DNA of 34,684 nucleotides from an uncultured Bacteroidales bacterium. GTDB taxonomy: Bacteria > Bacteroidota > Bacteroidia > Bacteroidales > CAYFUP01. Below, piece after piece: positions 9,301 to 17,508 of this stretch. The DNA is taken from positions 1-34,684 of the forward strand of contig CAZBZX010000004.1 in the NCBI GenBank assembly GCA_964496465.1, read 5' to 3'. The position numbers and the translations under genes are program-made. Each line of letters begins with the position of its first letter. The first letter of the stretch is position 1. The notes beneath the pieces are model-generated. The model saw only the letters and a list, made by a program, of their open reading frames with translations, made no database searches and was not told the DNA's origin.

Positions 9301-9468
9301 GGTGAAGATGGCAGAAAATATATGACTAAAAGATTTCGGGAGTATTTGCAAACACTTGAAAAATATCCACTAAGTGAACAGAAAGATAAACTTTATGATG
9401 AGTTTATTAAATGGAGAGGAGAAAGAGAGCAAATTGATGATGTACTTGTTTTTGGAATTAAATTATAG
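6334..9468 (+). CDS. Membrane sensor protein phosphatase: two-component-regulator propeller + Y_Y_Y domain, one TM helix, coiled coil, SpoIIE/PP2C domain
   Basis: Signal peptide MRQSILLLFLFNFFTSIC|QYN. Long propeller-like ectodomain. Y_Y_Y signature YSYKLEGHNDNWSSWSTNNRVDFLKLKEGDYNFYVKAQN. TM helix IIAYIVYCVLVILFIYLLIQL (about 8545..8610). PP2C/SpoIIE motifs HYAQRIQSAVLP, SGDFYWI, AADCTGHGVPGAFMSM, DGMDMAI, FSDGYQDQFGG, QIDDVLVFGIKL. Confidence 0.85.
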   Translation: MRQSILLLFLFNFFTSICQYNYYKVIDYTPENYGLKIESQVLCITQGLNGNIYSGTGGGMLEFNGSNWNYYPVKEDTWVTAIFIDSNKIYIGGNTEFGFLINNSLGVYNYYSLSDSLSKENTPTSPIRNILKLQNGQILFQAENLLYLYNNTDLQRIIKPETSFHKVFYVDNKLIIRQRDIGLMEYSDTCFKLIEKGDYFKNVGIFAVIPNLSNDILYIVTNQDGIYSIDNELKNLKLFNNNKLITTSSIYGGQLLSDNSLMLFSNQNGLLNLNPRTSEINLINEKAGLTNNEINMITEDCYGNIWCAGNYGISKIRYNLLYSIYSKENGINGKIGKIFSYNNQDFIATSMGLFAFNKKENSFNLYQNISNQIWDITAYKNRFFIATDEGITELSGRNKISYINHYIRSFGQSGDNHHFLAVGNNEIYYWKNNRWSKLDLPIRGDLVNIIFINNKDGWNNFYIGSFKNGLYKLSMNINDEVKIENFTINDGLPGGWIVPYSLDSSIVIASQSGLFRYVSPEELSAQLPDSLKQLNIELSGYFELANVYGYFIQESVTAFQDKVDKVWISNGYNIFYIDKKTGEKISNPFKEIKMGKLSTIFCPNNKSCLIGSDYGLIAIDLSKKIFGDYKYSTKINRVYSINDSLNISPDKSIILPYNNNSLEFQFSAPYYNAEKDLQYSYKLEGHNDNWSSWSTNNRVDFLKLKEGDYNFYVKAQNVYNKISLSDSINFSINPPWFRSIIAYIVYCVLVILFIYLLIQLNVRRLKIKNQKLENIITERTKEIREQRDEIKKQKQEITDSIHYAQRIQSAVLPSASILDDIVSDHFILYLPRDIVSGDFYWIGRVNNKLVILAADCTGHGVPGAFMSMLGVAFLNEIVNKKKIFLPNKILDNLRDQVIEALKQEGKVDEAKDGMDMAIITIDLDNNKLYYAGANNPLFLIQNGEMLQIKADKMPVAIYHKLEPFKLHEFELTRNNMLYIFSDGYQDQFGGEDGRKYMTKRFREYLQTLEKYPLSEQKDKLYDEFIKWRGEREQIDDVLVFGIKL

Positions 9469-9643
9469 AGATTTGTAACCTCTTGATTAAATTCCGTTTT
9501 GAAGGCTTGACAATTTATTTTTAAAAAATTAATTGTGCTGGTGTTATTTTATACTCTTATCTCTAATATTTAAACTCCAACTACTAATTTACCTATTTCT
9601 ATTAGATTATGTGATAAATTTATTTTCTTAGTTAATGATTTAT

Positions 9644-10216
9644 TTAAACAATTCCAGCAAAACCCATGAAAGCAAGCGCTAGGAGTCCTGCTACAATAAA
9701 TGCGATAGGAACTCCTTGAAGGGCTTTAGGAATATTAGCCAATTCCAATTGTTCCCTAATACCAGCAAAAATAATTAAGGCTAAACCAAATCCTGCAGCA
9801 TTTGATATAGCAAAAACTACGCCTTGTATTAAATTAAAATCTTTTTGTATGGTAAGTATTGCTACACCCAGTACTGCGCAATTTGTAGTAATTAATGGGA
9901 GGAAAATTCCAAGGGCCTGATATAATGATGGGCTAACTTTTTTAAGAATAATTTCAACTAATTGAACAAGAGCAGCAATTACTAGAATAAAAGTAATGGT
10001 TTGCATATAAGAAATTCCGAATCTTTCTAAAACTGCTATCTGTAAAATATAAGTAACAATAGTTGCTAATACCATTACAAATGCGACAGCCCCTGTCATT
10101 CCAACTGCTGTTTCGACTTTATTTGATACACCAATAAATGGGCAAATGCCCAAAAATTGACTTAGAACTATATTATTTACAAAAACCGCTGCAATGATGA
10201 TTAAAATATATTCCAT
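9644..10216 (-). CDS. rnfA: Rnf electron-transport complex subunit A
   Basis: 190-aa polytopic membrane protein. The N-terminus [40 protein letters not shown] matches the RnfA/RsxA hallmark (VNNxVLxxFLGxCPFxGVS). Last gene of the rnf cluster. Confidence 0.9.
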   Translation of the reverse strand: MEYILIIIAAVFVNNIVLSQFLGICPFIGVSNKVETAVGMTGAVAFVMVLATIVTYILQIAVLERFGISYMQTITFILVIAALVQLVEIILKKVSPSLYQALGIFLPLITTNCAVLGVAILTIQKDFNLIQGVVFAISNAAGFGLALIIFAGIREQLELANIPKALQGVPIAFIVAGLLALAFMGFAGIV

Positions 10217-10225
10217 GGCTGATTG

Positions 10226-10813
10226 TTAAGCAATTTTTTTATTTATTTTATGTACTAGCATTATTAAATACCCCAATGCGATAAAAGCACCCGGAGCAAG
10301 CACAAATACAAGTATGCCATCTCCAGCAATAAACTTGTATCCAAATACAGAACCACTACCTAAAATTTCCCTCACAGTACCCAGGATAGTCAGTCCAAAG
10401 GCAAAACCTAGCCCCATACTTAATCCGTCAATTATTGATGAAAAAATCGAATTTTTTGAAGCGAAAGCTTCTGCTCTTCCTAATACAATACAGTTCACAA
10501 CAATCAATGGAATAAAAATGCCTAATTGTTTAAATAAACCAGGAAGGTAGGCCTGCATTGAAAGTTCAACAATAGTTACAAATGAAGCAATAATTACAAT
10601 AAAAGAAGGTATTCTTACTTTATCCGGAATAACATTTTTTACAAGCGATACAAATGTATTACTCATTACCAGTACAAATGTTGTAGCTAATCCCATACCC
10701 AATCCATTTAGTGCTGAAGTAGTTACGCCTAATGTAGGGCACATTCCAAGAAATAATACAAAAACCGGATTTTCTCTTAATAAGCCTTTGTTGAAATTTT
10801 TCCACTGGTTCAT
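10226..10813 (-). CDS. rnfE: Rnf electron-transport complex subunit E
   Basis: 195-aa membrane protein. ENPVFVLFLGMCPTLGVTTSALNGLGMGLATTFVL matches the RnfE/RsxE N-terminal signature. Confidence 0.9.
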   Translation of the reverse strand: MNQWKNFNKGLLRENPVFVLFLGMCPTLGVTTSALNGLGMGLATTFVLVMSNTFVSLVKNVIPDKVRIPSFIVIIASFVTIVELSMQAYLPGLFKQLGIFIPLIVVNCIVLGRAEAFASKNSIFSSIIDGLSMGLGFAFGLTILGTVREILGSGSVFGYKFIAGDGILVFVLAPGAFIALGYLIMLVHKINKKIA

Positions 10814-10825
10814 AATTGATATATA

Positions 10826-11428
10826 TTAATTTTCAACTTGGGTTGAATCATTTTTAACTTCTAGTGATATAAATGTATTGTATGCACTTTGAACTGCATC
10901 ACAAAATGCCCTTGAACTAATTGTTGCAGCTGTAATAGCATCCACATCTCCTCCGTCTTTTACTACTTTTAATTTGTATGTTGATGGGTTTTTACCGGCA
11001 AATTGTTCACTAAAACTTGATTTTTCTTTTTGCATTTTATCTCCAAGACCTGGAGTTTCTTTATGCTCCATGACCGAAATATTGTTTAATGTTCCATCCG
11101 GAAGAAAACCGACCATAAGTTTAATTTTTCCCCCAAATCCTTTATTGGAAAATGTTTCAATTGCTGTACCCACTTTTTGTCCATCTTTTTTTGCAGGATA
11201 AATGACCAGGCTATCTTTATTTATATGAATTGATTCTGATTCATTTAGTGGAATATTATTAAACTCCGGAACAACTTCATTTATAGCAGCAATTTTTATA
11301 GCTATTTTAGCTTTTTCAATTGGTTCTTTAGTTATAGAATAAATAATACCTAATGAAGTTGAGGATAATAGTGTTACAATTAATAATGTAAGCACCATAT
11401 TTAAAAATGAGGATTCTTTTTTAGTCAC
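10826..11428 (-). CDS. rnfG: Rnf complex subunit G (FMN-binding)
   Basis: 200 aa, N-terminal membrane anchor, FMN-attachment-type motif DAITAATISSRAF. Sits between rnfD and rnfE, and its start overlaps the rnfD stop by 8 nt. Confidence 0.85.
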   Translation of the reverse strand: MTKKESSFLNMVLTLLIVTLLSSTSLGIIYSITKEPIEKAKIAIKIAAINEVVPEFNNIPLNESESIHINKDSLVIYPAKKDGQKVGTAIETFSNKGFGGKIKLMVGFLPDGTLNNISVMEHKETPGLGDKMQKEKSSFSEQFAGKNPSTYKLKVVKDGGDVDAITAATISSRAFCDAVQSAYNTFISLEVKNDSTQVEN

Positions 11429-12422
11429 GTTTTACCTCCTTTCCAAATCGTTTTGGTGGAAAATTAGAATTAATTAAAGGTACAAAAGCATTCATTATTA
11501 ATATGGCGAATGAAACACCTTCAGGATAAGCCCCGAAAATTCTAATTACTACGGTTATAAATCCGATCCCTATACCATAAATCCACATACCTTTCGGAGT
11601 CATTGGAGAAGTAACATAATCGGTTGCCATAAATATAGCTCCTAATAATATGCCACCAGTTAAAATATGAAATAATGGATCAATATATTTTTCAGGATTC
11701 ATAAACCAAAGAATGCCTGTGAAAATAAAAACTGTTGAGATTATAGATACGGGAATATGAATGGATATGATCTTTTTCCACAACAAAAATAGTAATCCTA
11801 TAATCAAAGCAAATGCTGCAATTTCTCCCATAGAACCATTCATATAGCCTAAGAACATCTCCATATGACTTGGTATTTGAGATATTAAAGAATCAATTTT
11901 ATCTCCATTTTTTATCCCTTCTTTAATTATTCCTAATGGAGTAGCTCCGGTAATTGCATCGGCATAATTTGTACTAAATCCTTTTGGTAAAGGCCAGGTA
12001 GTCATTTGTACCGGGAATGAAATCAGAAGAAAGACCCTTCCAACCAATGCAGGGTTAAAAGGATTGTTTCCTAAACCACCAAAAGTCATTTTTCCAACTC
12101 CAATGGCAATTAAACTTCCTAAAATTATTAATCCAATTGGTAAATTACTTGGAATATTAAATGCTAATAATATTCCTGTAACAATAGCTGATCCGTCATT
12201 TATAGAAGGTTTTACTTTAAGTAAATATTTTTGAATAATGAATTCGAAAATTAAACATGATGTAACAGCAACTACGGTAATTAGAATAGCACTCCAACCA
12301 AAATAATAAATCGATACTGCCAAGGTTGGTAACAATGCTAATACAACACCATACATTAGTTTTGGTACTGATTCGTTACCATGAGTATGAGGCGAAGGAG
12401 ATACTGTTAAAAGTTTACTCAT
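11421..12422 (-). CDS. rnfD: Rnf complex subunit D
   Basis: 333-aa polytopic membrane protein. N-terminus SPSPHTHG, TGATPLG flavin-attachment motif, typical RnfD/NqrB length. Confidence 0.9.
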   Translation of the reverse strand: MSKLLTVSPSPHTHGNESVPKLMYGVVLALLPTLAVSIYYFGWSAILITVVAVTSCLIFEFIIQKYLLKVKPSINDGSAIVTGILLAFNIPSNLPIGLIILGSLIAIGVGKMTFGGLGNNPFNPALVGRVFLLISFPVQMTTWPLPKGFSTNYADAITGATPLGIIKEGIKNGDKIDSLISQIPSHMEMFLGYMNGSMGEIAAFALIIGLLFLLWKKIISIHIPVSIISTVFIFTGILWFMNPEKYIDPLFHILTGGILLGAIFMATDYVTSPMTPKGMWIYGIGIGFITVVIRIFGAYPEGVSFAILIMNAFVPLINSNFPPKRFGKEVKRD

Positions 12423-12436
12423 TCTATATTTTAAAT

Positions 12437-13765
12437 TTAAGATGACTTTTTTCTAAGTTTATTTATTTCCGATTTTCCAAATCGTATATAATCAAGCAGT
12501 GGTCTGTTTGATGGACAAATGTAACCACATGAACCACATTCAATACAGTCTAATATTTTTCTATCTTCTAATTTATCTAATTTTTTGTATTCAGTTAATG
12601 TCATTAATAAATATGGTTCAAGTCCCATCGGACAAACTGATACACATTTGGCACATCGAATGCAATTAATTACTTCATTTCTTTTTGATTCTTCTTCATC
12701 AACTACTACTATTCCAGAGCTACCTTTAACAATTGGAGCTTCAATTGTTGATAAAGCTTTTCCCATCATAGGACCTCCATTAATTATTTTTCCGCAATTT
12801 TCAGGTAATCCCCCAACTGCTTCAATTAAATTTTTAACTGGCGTACCAATACGTACTTTAAAGTTTGAAGGATTTTTGATCGATTTACCAGTTATTGTTA
12901 CCACTCTTTCAATTAATGGTTTGTTTTTTTGGATAGCTTCATAAACAGCAAAAGCAGTACCTACGTTAAAGCATACAACACCAACATCAAGAGGTAATCC
13001 ACCTGATGGAATTTCTCTTTTTGTAAGAGCCTTAATTAACTGTTTTTCTCCTCCTTGAGGGTATTTTACTTTTAATCCCTGAACTTGAATTCCATTGTAT
13101 TCGGCGCATATATTAACAAGTTTTTCAATGGCATCTTTTTTATTATTTTCAATTCCAATTATAGCAATATCAACATTTAATGCTTTTTTTAATAGTTGAA
13201 CTCCAATCAAAATTTCTTCAGATTTTTCAAGCATTAATCTGTGATCGGAAGTTAAATAAGGCTCACATTCAACACCATTGATTACTAGTGTATCAATTTT
13301 TGCAGTTTTTGGAACAGAAAGTTTAACATGAGAAGGAAATGTTGCACCGCCCAGACCAACAATTCCAGCTTCTAATATTTTAGGTATTATTTCTTTATTT
13401 TTAATATTCAGGTCTTTTTTCAACTCATTTGAGGAGTCTATTCCTTCAAACCATTCATCATTTTCCACATTGATAATAATAGTATTACGTTTAAAACCGG
13501 AGGAATCAGTAATTTTATCAATTTTTTCGACTGTACCACTTACCGAGGAATGTATATTGGAGGAAACAAATCCTTCGCTTTTTGCAATAAGCTGACCTGT
13601 TTTAACTTTATCGCCTTTATCAACAATAGGAATTGAAGGAACACCTATATGTTGAGATAAAGGTATAATAACTTTCTCAGGAACTGGCAAAGTTTTTATT
13701 TCTGCATTTTCTGAAAATTTGTTCTCTCTTGGATGAACGCCTCCTTTTGGAAATGTTTTTAGCAC
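12437..13765 (-). CDS. rnfC: Rnf complex subunit C
   Basis: 442 aa. N-terminus FPKGGVHPRENK. Nucleotide-binding-like GIVGLGGATFPSHVK. Two 4Fe-4S motifs, CIRCAKCVSVCP and CIECGSCGYICP. Confidence 0.9.
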   Translation of the reverse strand: MLKTFPKGGVHPRENKFSENAEIKTLPVPEKVIIPLSQHIGVPSIPIVDKGDKVKTGQLIAKSEGFVSSNIHSSVSGTVEKIDKITDSSGFKRNTIIINVENDEWFEGIDSSNELKKDLNIKNKEIIPKILEAGIVGLGGATFPSHVKLSVPKTAKIDTLVINGVECEPYLTSDHRLMLEKSEEILIGVQLLKKALNVDIAIIGIENNKKDAIEKLVNICAEYNGIQVQGLKVKYPQGGEKQLIKALTKREIPSGGLPLDVGVVCFNVGTAFAVYEAIQKNKPLIERVVTITGKSIKNPSNFKVRIGTPVKNLIEAVGGLPENCGKIINGGPMMGKALSTIEAPIVKGSSGIVVVDEEESKRNEVINCIRCAKCVSVCPMGLEPYLLMTLTEYKKLDKLEDRKILDCIECGSCGYICPSNRPLLDYIRFGKSEINKLRKKSS

Positions 13766-13785
13766 CAGATATTTAATTTTTTAAA

Positions 13786-14643
13786 TTATGCACTTTCTTT
13801 ATTTTCAGCTTCTTTATCCCTTTTTGGTGGAAAATTAATTTCATGAATGGCATCCGTTGGGCATTCGGTGACGCATTTTCTGCAAAGTTTGCATTTAATG
13901 GGATCAATATATGCCAAAAAATTTTCAATTGTAATAGCATCATAAGGACAAACTTTTTGACATTTCATACACCCAATACAAGCAACCGAACAGCTTTTTT
14001 TTGCAATTCCACCTTTTTCTTCATTAATGCAACTAACAAATATTTTTCTGTCTTTTTTATTTTTCTTCCGTAATTCAATTATATTTTTCGGACATGCTTT
14101 TACACAAGCACCGCAAGCTGTACAATTATCATCAATTACAACAGGCAAACCAGTTTTAATATTCATATAAATAGCATTAAAATCACATGCTTTTACACAA
14201 TCACCAAAACCCAAACAGCCATATTCACAACCAGTATCACCCGAGTATAAACTTGAAGCAATTGCACACGTCCCTGCACCATCATAATGAGTTGTTCTGG
14301 GTCTGTTTTCGTAGCTTCCAGAACATCGAATAACTGCTATCAAAGGATCTTGAGCTGTTGCTTCCCTACCTAAAATGGTCGCGATTTTTTCCATTGTTTC
14401 ATTTCCACCAACCGGGCAAAATAAATCAGCAAAATCATCAGCTTTTACTAATGCTTCTGCAAATGCCCGACAACCAGGAAACCCACATCCCCCACAATTT
14501 GCGCTTGGTAATGCTTCTTCGACTTCACTTATCCTAGGATCCTCATATACTTTAAATTTTTGTGCAACAAAATATAATATAATACCAGACACAATGCCAA
14601 TTGTACTTAAAGAAATTATGGTATATAGTACTATGTTATTCAT
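13786..14643 (-). CDS. rnfB: Rnf complex subunit B (polyferredoxin-type)
   Basis: 285 aa with an N-terminal TM helix. [15 protein letters not shown] motif, plus several CxxCxxCxxxCP clusters ([36 protein letters not shown]). Confidence 0.9.
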   Translation of the reverse strand: MNNIVLYTIISLSTIGIVSGIILYFVAQKFKVYEDPRISEVEEALPSANCGGCGFPGCRAFAEALVKADDFADLFCPVGGNETMEKIATILGREATAQDPLIAVIRCSGSYENRPRTTHYDGAGTCAIASSLYSGDTGCEYGCLGFGDCVKACDFNAIYMNIKTGLPVVIDDNCTACGACVKACPKNIIELRKKNKKDRKIFVSCINEEKGGIAKKSCSVACIGCMKCQKVCPYDAITIENFLAYIDPIKCKLCRKCVTECPTDAIHEINFPPKRDKEAENKESA

Positions 14644-14648
14644 TCTAA

Positions 14649-15077
14649 TTAGTAGCTTAATTTCATCAATTCAAAAGTAAAGTTATTTTTTAATTGTTTT
14701 TTTAATAAATATAGAATAAGATAATATGGAATAAGAAATAAAATGGAAAAAATTCCTGCTTTTAATTCTTCTATATTTAGCTCAGATAAAATAATCAAAG
14801 AGAAAACAACTATAAATAAAGGGATTACGTAGCTTAGAAATATAGCTTTAAGACCATCTGATTTTTTTAATATGATTTTAACATTTTCATTGATAGAATA
14901 ATCATTTGAAGATTCTGTTTCAATTTCAATAATTTTATCAATTTTATCAGATACAAAGCATGCATTTTTTGCATGGCACACATTACATGCAGCTTGCGAT
15001 TCAATTTTAACTTTAACTACTGAACCCTTAATTTCCGAAACAATACCCAAATGTTCAACTGTTTTATTTACAGACAT
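14649..15077 (-). CDS. RseC/MucC-family (SoxR-reducing-system-type) small membrane protein; first gene of the rnf operon
   Basis: 142 aa. N-terminal beta-domain with a Cys cluster ([14 protein letters not shown]) followed by two TM helices ([37 protein letters not shown]), which is the RseC_MucC layout. Only 5 bp separate it from rnfB. Confidence 0.75.
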   Translation of the reverse strand: MSVNKTVEHLGIVSEIKGSVVKVKIESQAACNVCHAKNACFVSDKIDKIIEIETESSNDYSINENVKIILKKSDGLKAIFLSYVIPLFIVVFSLIILSELNIEELKAGIFSILFLIPYYLILYLLKKQLKNNFTFELMKLSY

Positions 15078-15101
15078 TTTGTGTCAGAAATTTAAAAAAC
15101 G

Positions 15102-15109
15102 CAAATTTA
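15102..15109 (-). promoter_or_regulatory. Candidate Bacteroidota -7 promoter box (TAAATTTG) for the rseC-rnf operon
   Basis: Plus-strand CAAATTTA is TAAATTTG on the minus strand and matches TAnnTTTG. It lies 24 nt upstream of the ATG at 15077. Confidence 0.35.
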
Positions 15110-15273
15110 GTTATGTTTAATAATTTTCAATGTGTTACTTATCAGTTTTTTAAACTTCATGCTAATTTATCATGAATATAAATAAGGGATTAAAATAGTT
15201 ATTTGATGATCAAAATCACCTTTTATGATGAATTATGTCAGCAACTATTAATGCTCTTTAAAATTTTTGTTCG

Positions 15274-15281
15274 TAAATTTG
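15274..15281 (+). promoter_or_regulatory. Candidate Bacteroidota -7 promoter box (TAAATTTG) for the TPR-PP2C-REC gene
   Basis: Exact TAnnTTTG match, 16 nt upstream of the ATG at 15298. The octamer is identical to the divergent rnf-side box. Confidence 0.35.
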
Positions 15282-15297
15282 TTTAAAACGGGCAGAA

Positions 15298-17508
15298 ATG
15301 GTTAAATTAATTTATAAATCTTTTAATATTAAGGCTTTCGGTTTAATTGTTTTATTTTTTATAACCTCAATCAGTATCTTGCCAAATGAAATAAATAATA
15401 ATATTTCATCTAAAGAAAAAATAAAACATCTTGAGGAAGAAAAAAATCATACGGAATTAGCAGAATATTTAAATTCTTCGGGTTTAAATTACTGGAGGAC
15501 TGGAGAGTTAAATAAAGCAATCGAATATTTTAAAAAATCAATTGAAATAAACGAGAAAATTAATAATAAAAATGCTGTAAAAACTTTATATAATTATATT
15601 GGATTAATATTTACTGATAAGGAAGAATATGATTCATCAATCTATTACCTTAAAAAATCACTAGAAATTAATAGAATATTTAAAAATCAAGATGAAATTT
15701 CTGATAATCTTATTAATATCTCAATTGCTCTACAAGGAAAGGAACAATATAATGAATCGAATGAATTTATTTATGATGCTCTTAAAATTGTTAAAGAACA
15801 GAATGATATTAAAAAATTAAAAAATTGCTATAGTATTTTGGCAGAAAATTATGAAAAGTTAGGAAATGTTGATAAATCTTTTGAATATTTCAATTTAGCA
15901 GCATCGTTTGCAAAGCATTTACAGGAAAAAGCATTAAAATCATATGAATATAAAACAAAGTTAGCTGAAGCGGAAAAAATTGCAAAAGAGAAAGAATTAG
16001 TAAATACTGTTGAAATTTTAGAAGAGGCAAATGAAAAAAATAAACAAATTGCTCTTCAGGTTGAATTATTAAATAAAGAAAAGGAATTAAAAGATCTTGC
16101 TTTAAAAGAAGAGGAAGCCAGATCAAGAGAGTTTGAGGCCCGGGAAAAAGCCAGAAAAATAACGAATTATTATTTTGGTGCCATATTAATAATATTTTCA
16201 ATTTTCTTTATTTTATTGTATTGGCAATTTAAAGAAAAGAAGAAATCGAATATATTATTAGCCCAGCGAAACAAGGAAACAAAAACTCAAAAAGAGGAAA
16301 TAGAAGTACAAAGAGACATTGCTAATCACCAAAAGCAAAAAATTACTTCAAGTATAAAATATGCAAAACATATACAATCAGCCATTTTACCTCCAATAAG
16401 TTATATTAAAAAGATACTCCCTGATCATTTTATTTTATATAAACCTAAAGATATAGTAAGTGGCGATTTTTACTGGATAACAGAAAAGGATGGAATTGTT
16501 ATTATCGCGGCTGCTGATTGTACTGGTCATGGGGTTCCTGGCGCATTTATGAGCATGCTTGGTATAGCCTTTTTAAATGAAATAGTAAATAAAATTGCTA
16601 TAAACAAACACATTCCTTCATTTAAAGCAAGTGAGATTTTAAATCAACTTCGCGATCAGGTTATACGATCATTGCATCAAACATATGATGTTGATAATTT
16701 AAAAGATGGGATGGATATTTCCATTTGTATTATAGATATTGACCACAAACGCATGCAATATGCAGGAGCTCATAATCCAGTATATATATTCAGAAACAAT
16801 AAATTAATTGAACTTGCAGCTGATAGTATGCCTATTGGAATGTATAAAAATCTTGACCAACCTTTTACAAATAATGAAATTAAATTAGAAATCGGGGACC
16901 ATCTTTATATGTTTTCTGATGGTTATTATGATCAATTTGGTGGTGAAGAGAATAAAAAGTTTATGATTAAAAATTTCAGGGAATTGTTGTCTGAGATACA
17001 TCAAAAACCAATGCAGGAGCAACGTGCTATTTTAGAAAATACGATAGAAGAATATCAAGGAGATAACGACCAAATGGATGATATTCTTATTATAGGGATT
17101 AAAATAACAAAACAGGTTAAAAGTTATTCAAAAGATCGTATGCGGGGTTGGGATTCAAAAAGGATTCTCATTGCTGAAGATACAGATATTAATTACTTTT
17201 TATTAGTTGAGGCATTAAAACCTACTAATGCACAAATATTCAGGGCTGATAATGGACAGGAGGCAGTTGACTTTTGTTTAAATAACGAGGTTGATATTAT
17301 ACTTATGGATATTAATATGCCAGTTTTAAATGGATTGGAAGCCACTCGTAAAATAAGGGAATTCAATAAAAATATTCCTATCATTGCTCAAACTGCTCAA
17401 AGCCAACCTGATGATCCGGATAAATGCAAACAGGCCGGATGTGACGACTATATTTCGAAACCAATAGATTTAAAAATTTTTTTAAATAAAATTGATGAGC
17501 TGATCTAA
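15298..17508 (+). CDS. Membrane sensor protein phosphatase: TPR ectodomain, coiled coil, TM helix, SpoIIE/PP2C domain, C-terminal response-regulator receiver (REC)
   Basis: N-terminal anchor AFGLIVLFFITSISIL. TPR-like repeats (AEYLNSSGLNYWRTGELNKAIEYFKKSIEINEK ...). Charged coiled coil. TM helix YYFGAILIIFSIFFILLYWQF. PP2C motifs KYAKHIQSAILPP, SGDFYWI, AADCTGHGVPGAFMSM, DGMDISI, FSDGYYDQFGG, QMDDILIIGIKI. REC motifs: RILIAEDTD, IILMDINMPVLNG, IIAQTA, ISKP. Confidence 0.85.
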   Translation: MVKLIYKSFNIKAFGLIVLFFITSISILPNEINNNISSKEKIKHLEEEKNHTELAEYLNSSGLNYWRTGELNKAIEYFKKSIEINEKINNKNAVKTLYNYIGLIFTDKEEYDSSIYYLKKSLEINRIFKNQDEISDNLINISIALQGKEQYNESNEFIYDALKIVKEQNDIKKLKNCYSILAENYEKLGNVDKSFEYFNLAASFAKHLQEKALKSYEYKTKLAEAEKIAKEKELVNTVEILEEANEKNKQIALQVELLNKEKELKDLALKEEEARSREFEAREKARKITNYYFGAILIIFSIFFILLYWQFKEKKKSNILLAQRNKETKTQKEEIEVQRDIANHQKQKITSSIKYAKHIQSAILPPISYIKKILPDHFILYKPKDIVSGDFYWITEKDGIVIIAAADCTGHGVPGAFMSMLGIAFLNEIVNKIAINKHIPSFKASEILNQLRDQVIRSLHQTYDVDNLKDGMDISICIIDIDHKRMQYAGAHNPVYIFRNNKLIELAADSMPIGMYKNLDQPFTNNEIKLEIGDHLYMFSDGYYDQFGGEENKKFMIKNFRELLSEIHQKPMQEQRAILENTIEEYQGDNDQMDDILIIGIKITKQVKSYSKDRMRGWDSKRILIAEDTDINYFLLVEALKPTNAQIFRADNGQEAVDFCLNNEVDIILMDINMPVLNGLEATRKIREFNKNIPIIAQTAQSQPDDPDKCKQAGCDDYISKPIDLKIFLNKIDELI

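Noticed and set aside
9469-15297. The rnf operon as a horizontally inserted island between the two SpoIIE paralogues.
   Set aside because: I saw no visible shift in base composition or codon style, no flanking direct repeats or tRNA, and no integrase or transposase. Gene order and junctions look like a native operon.
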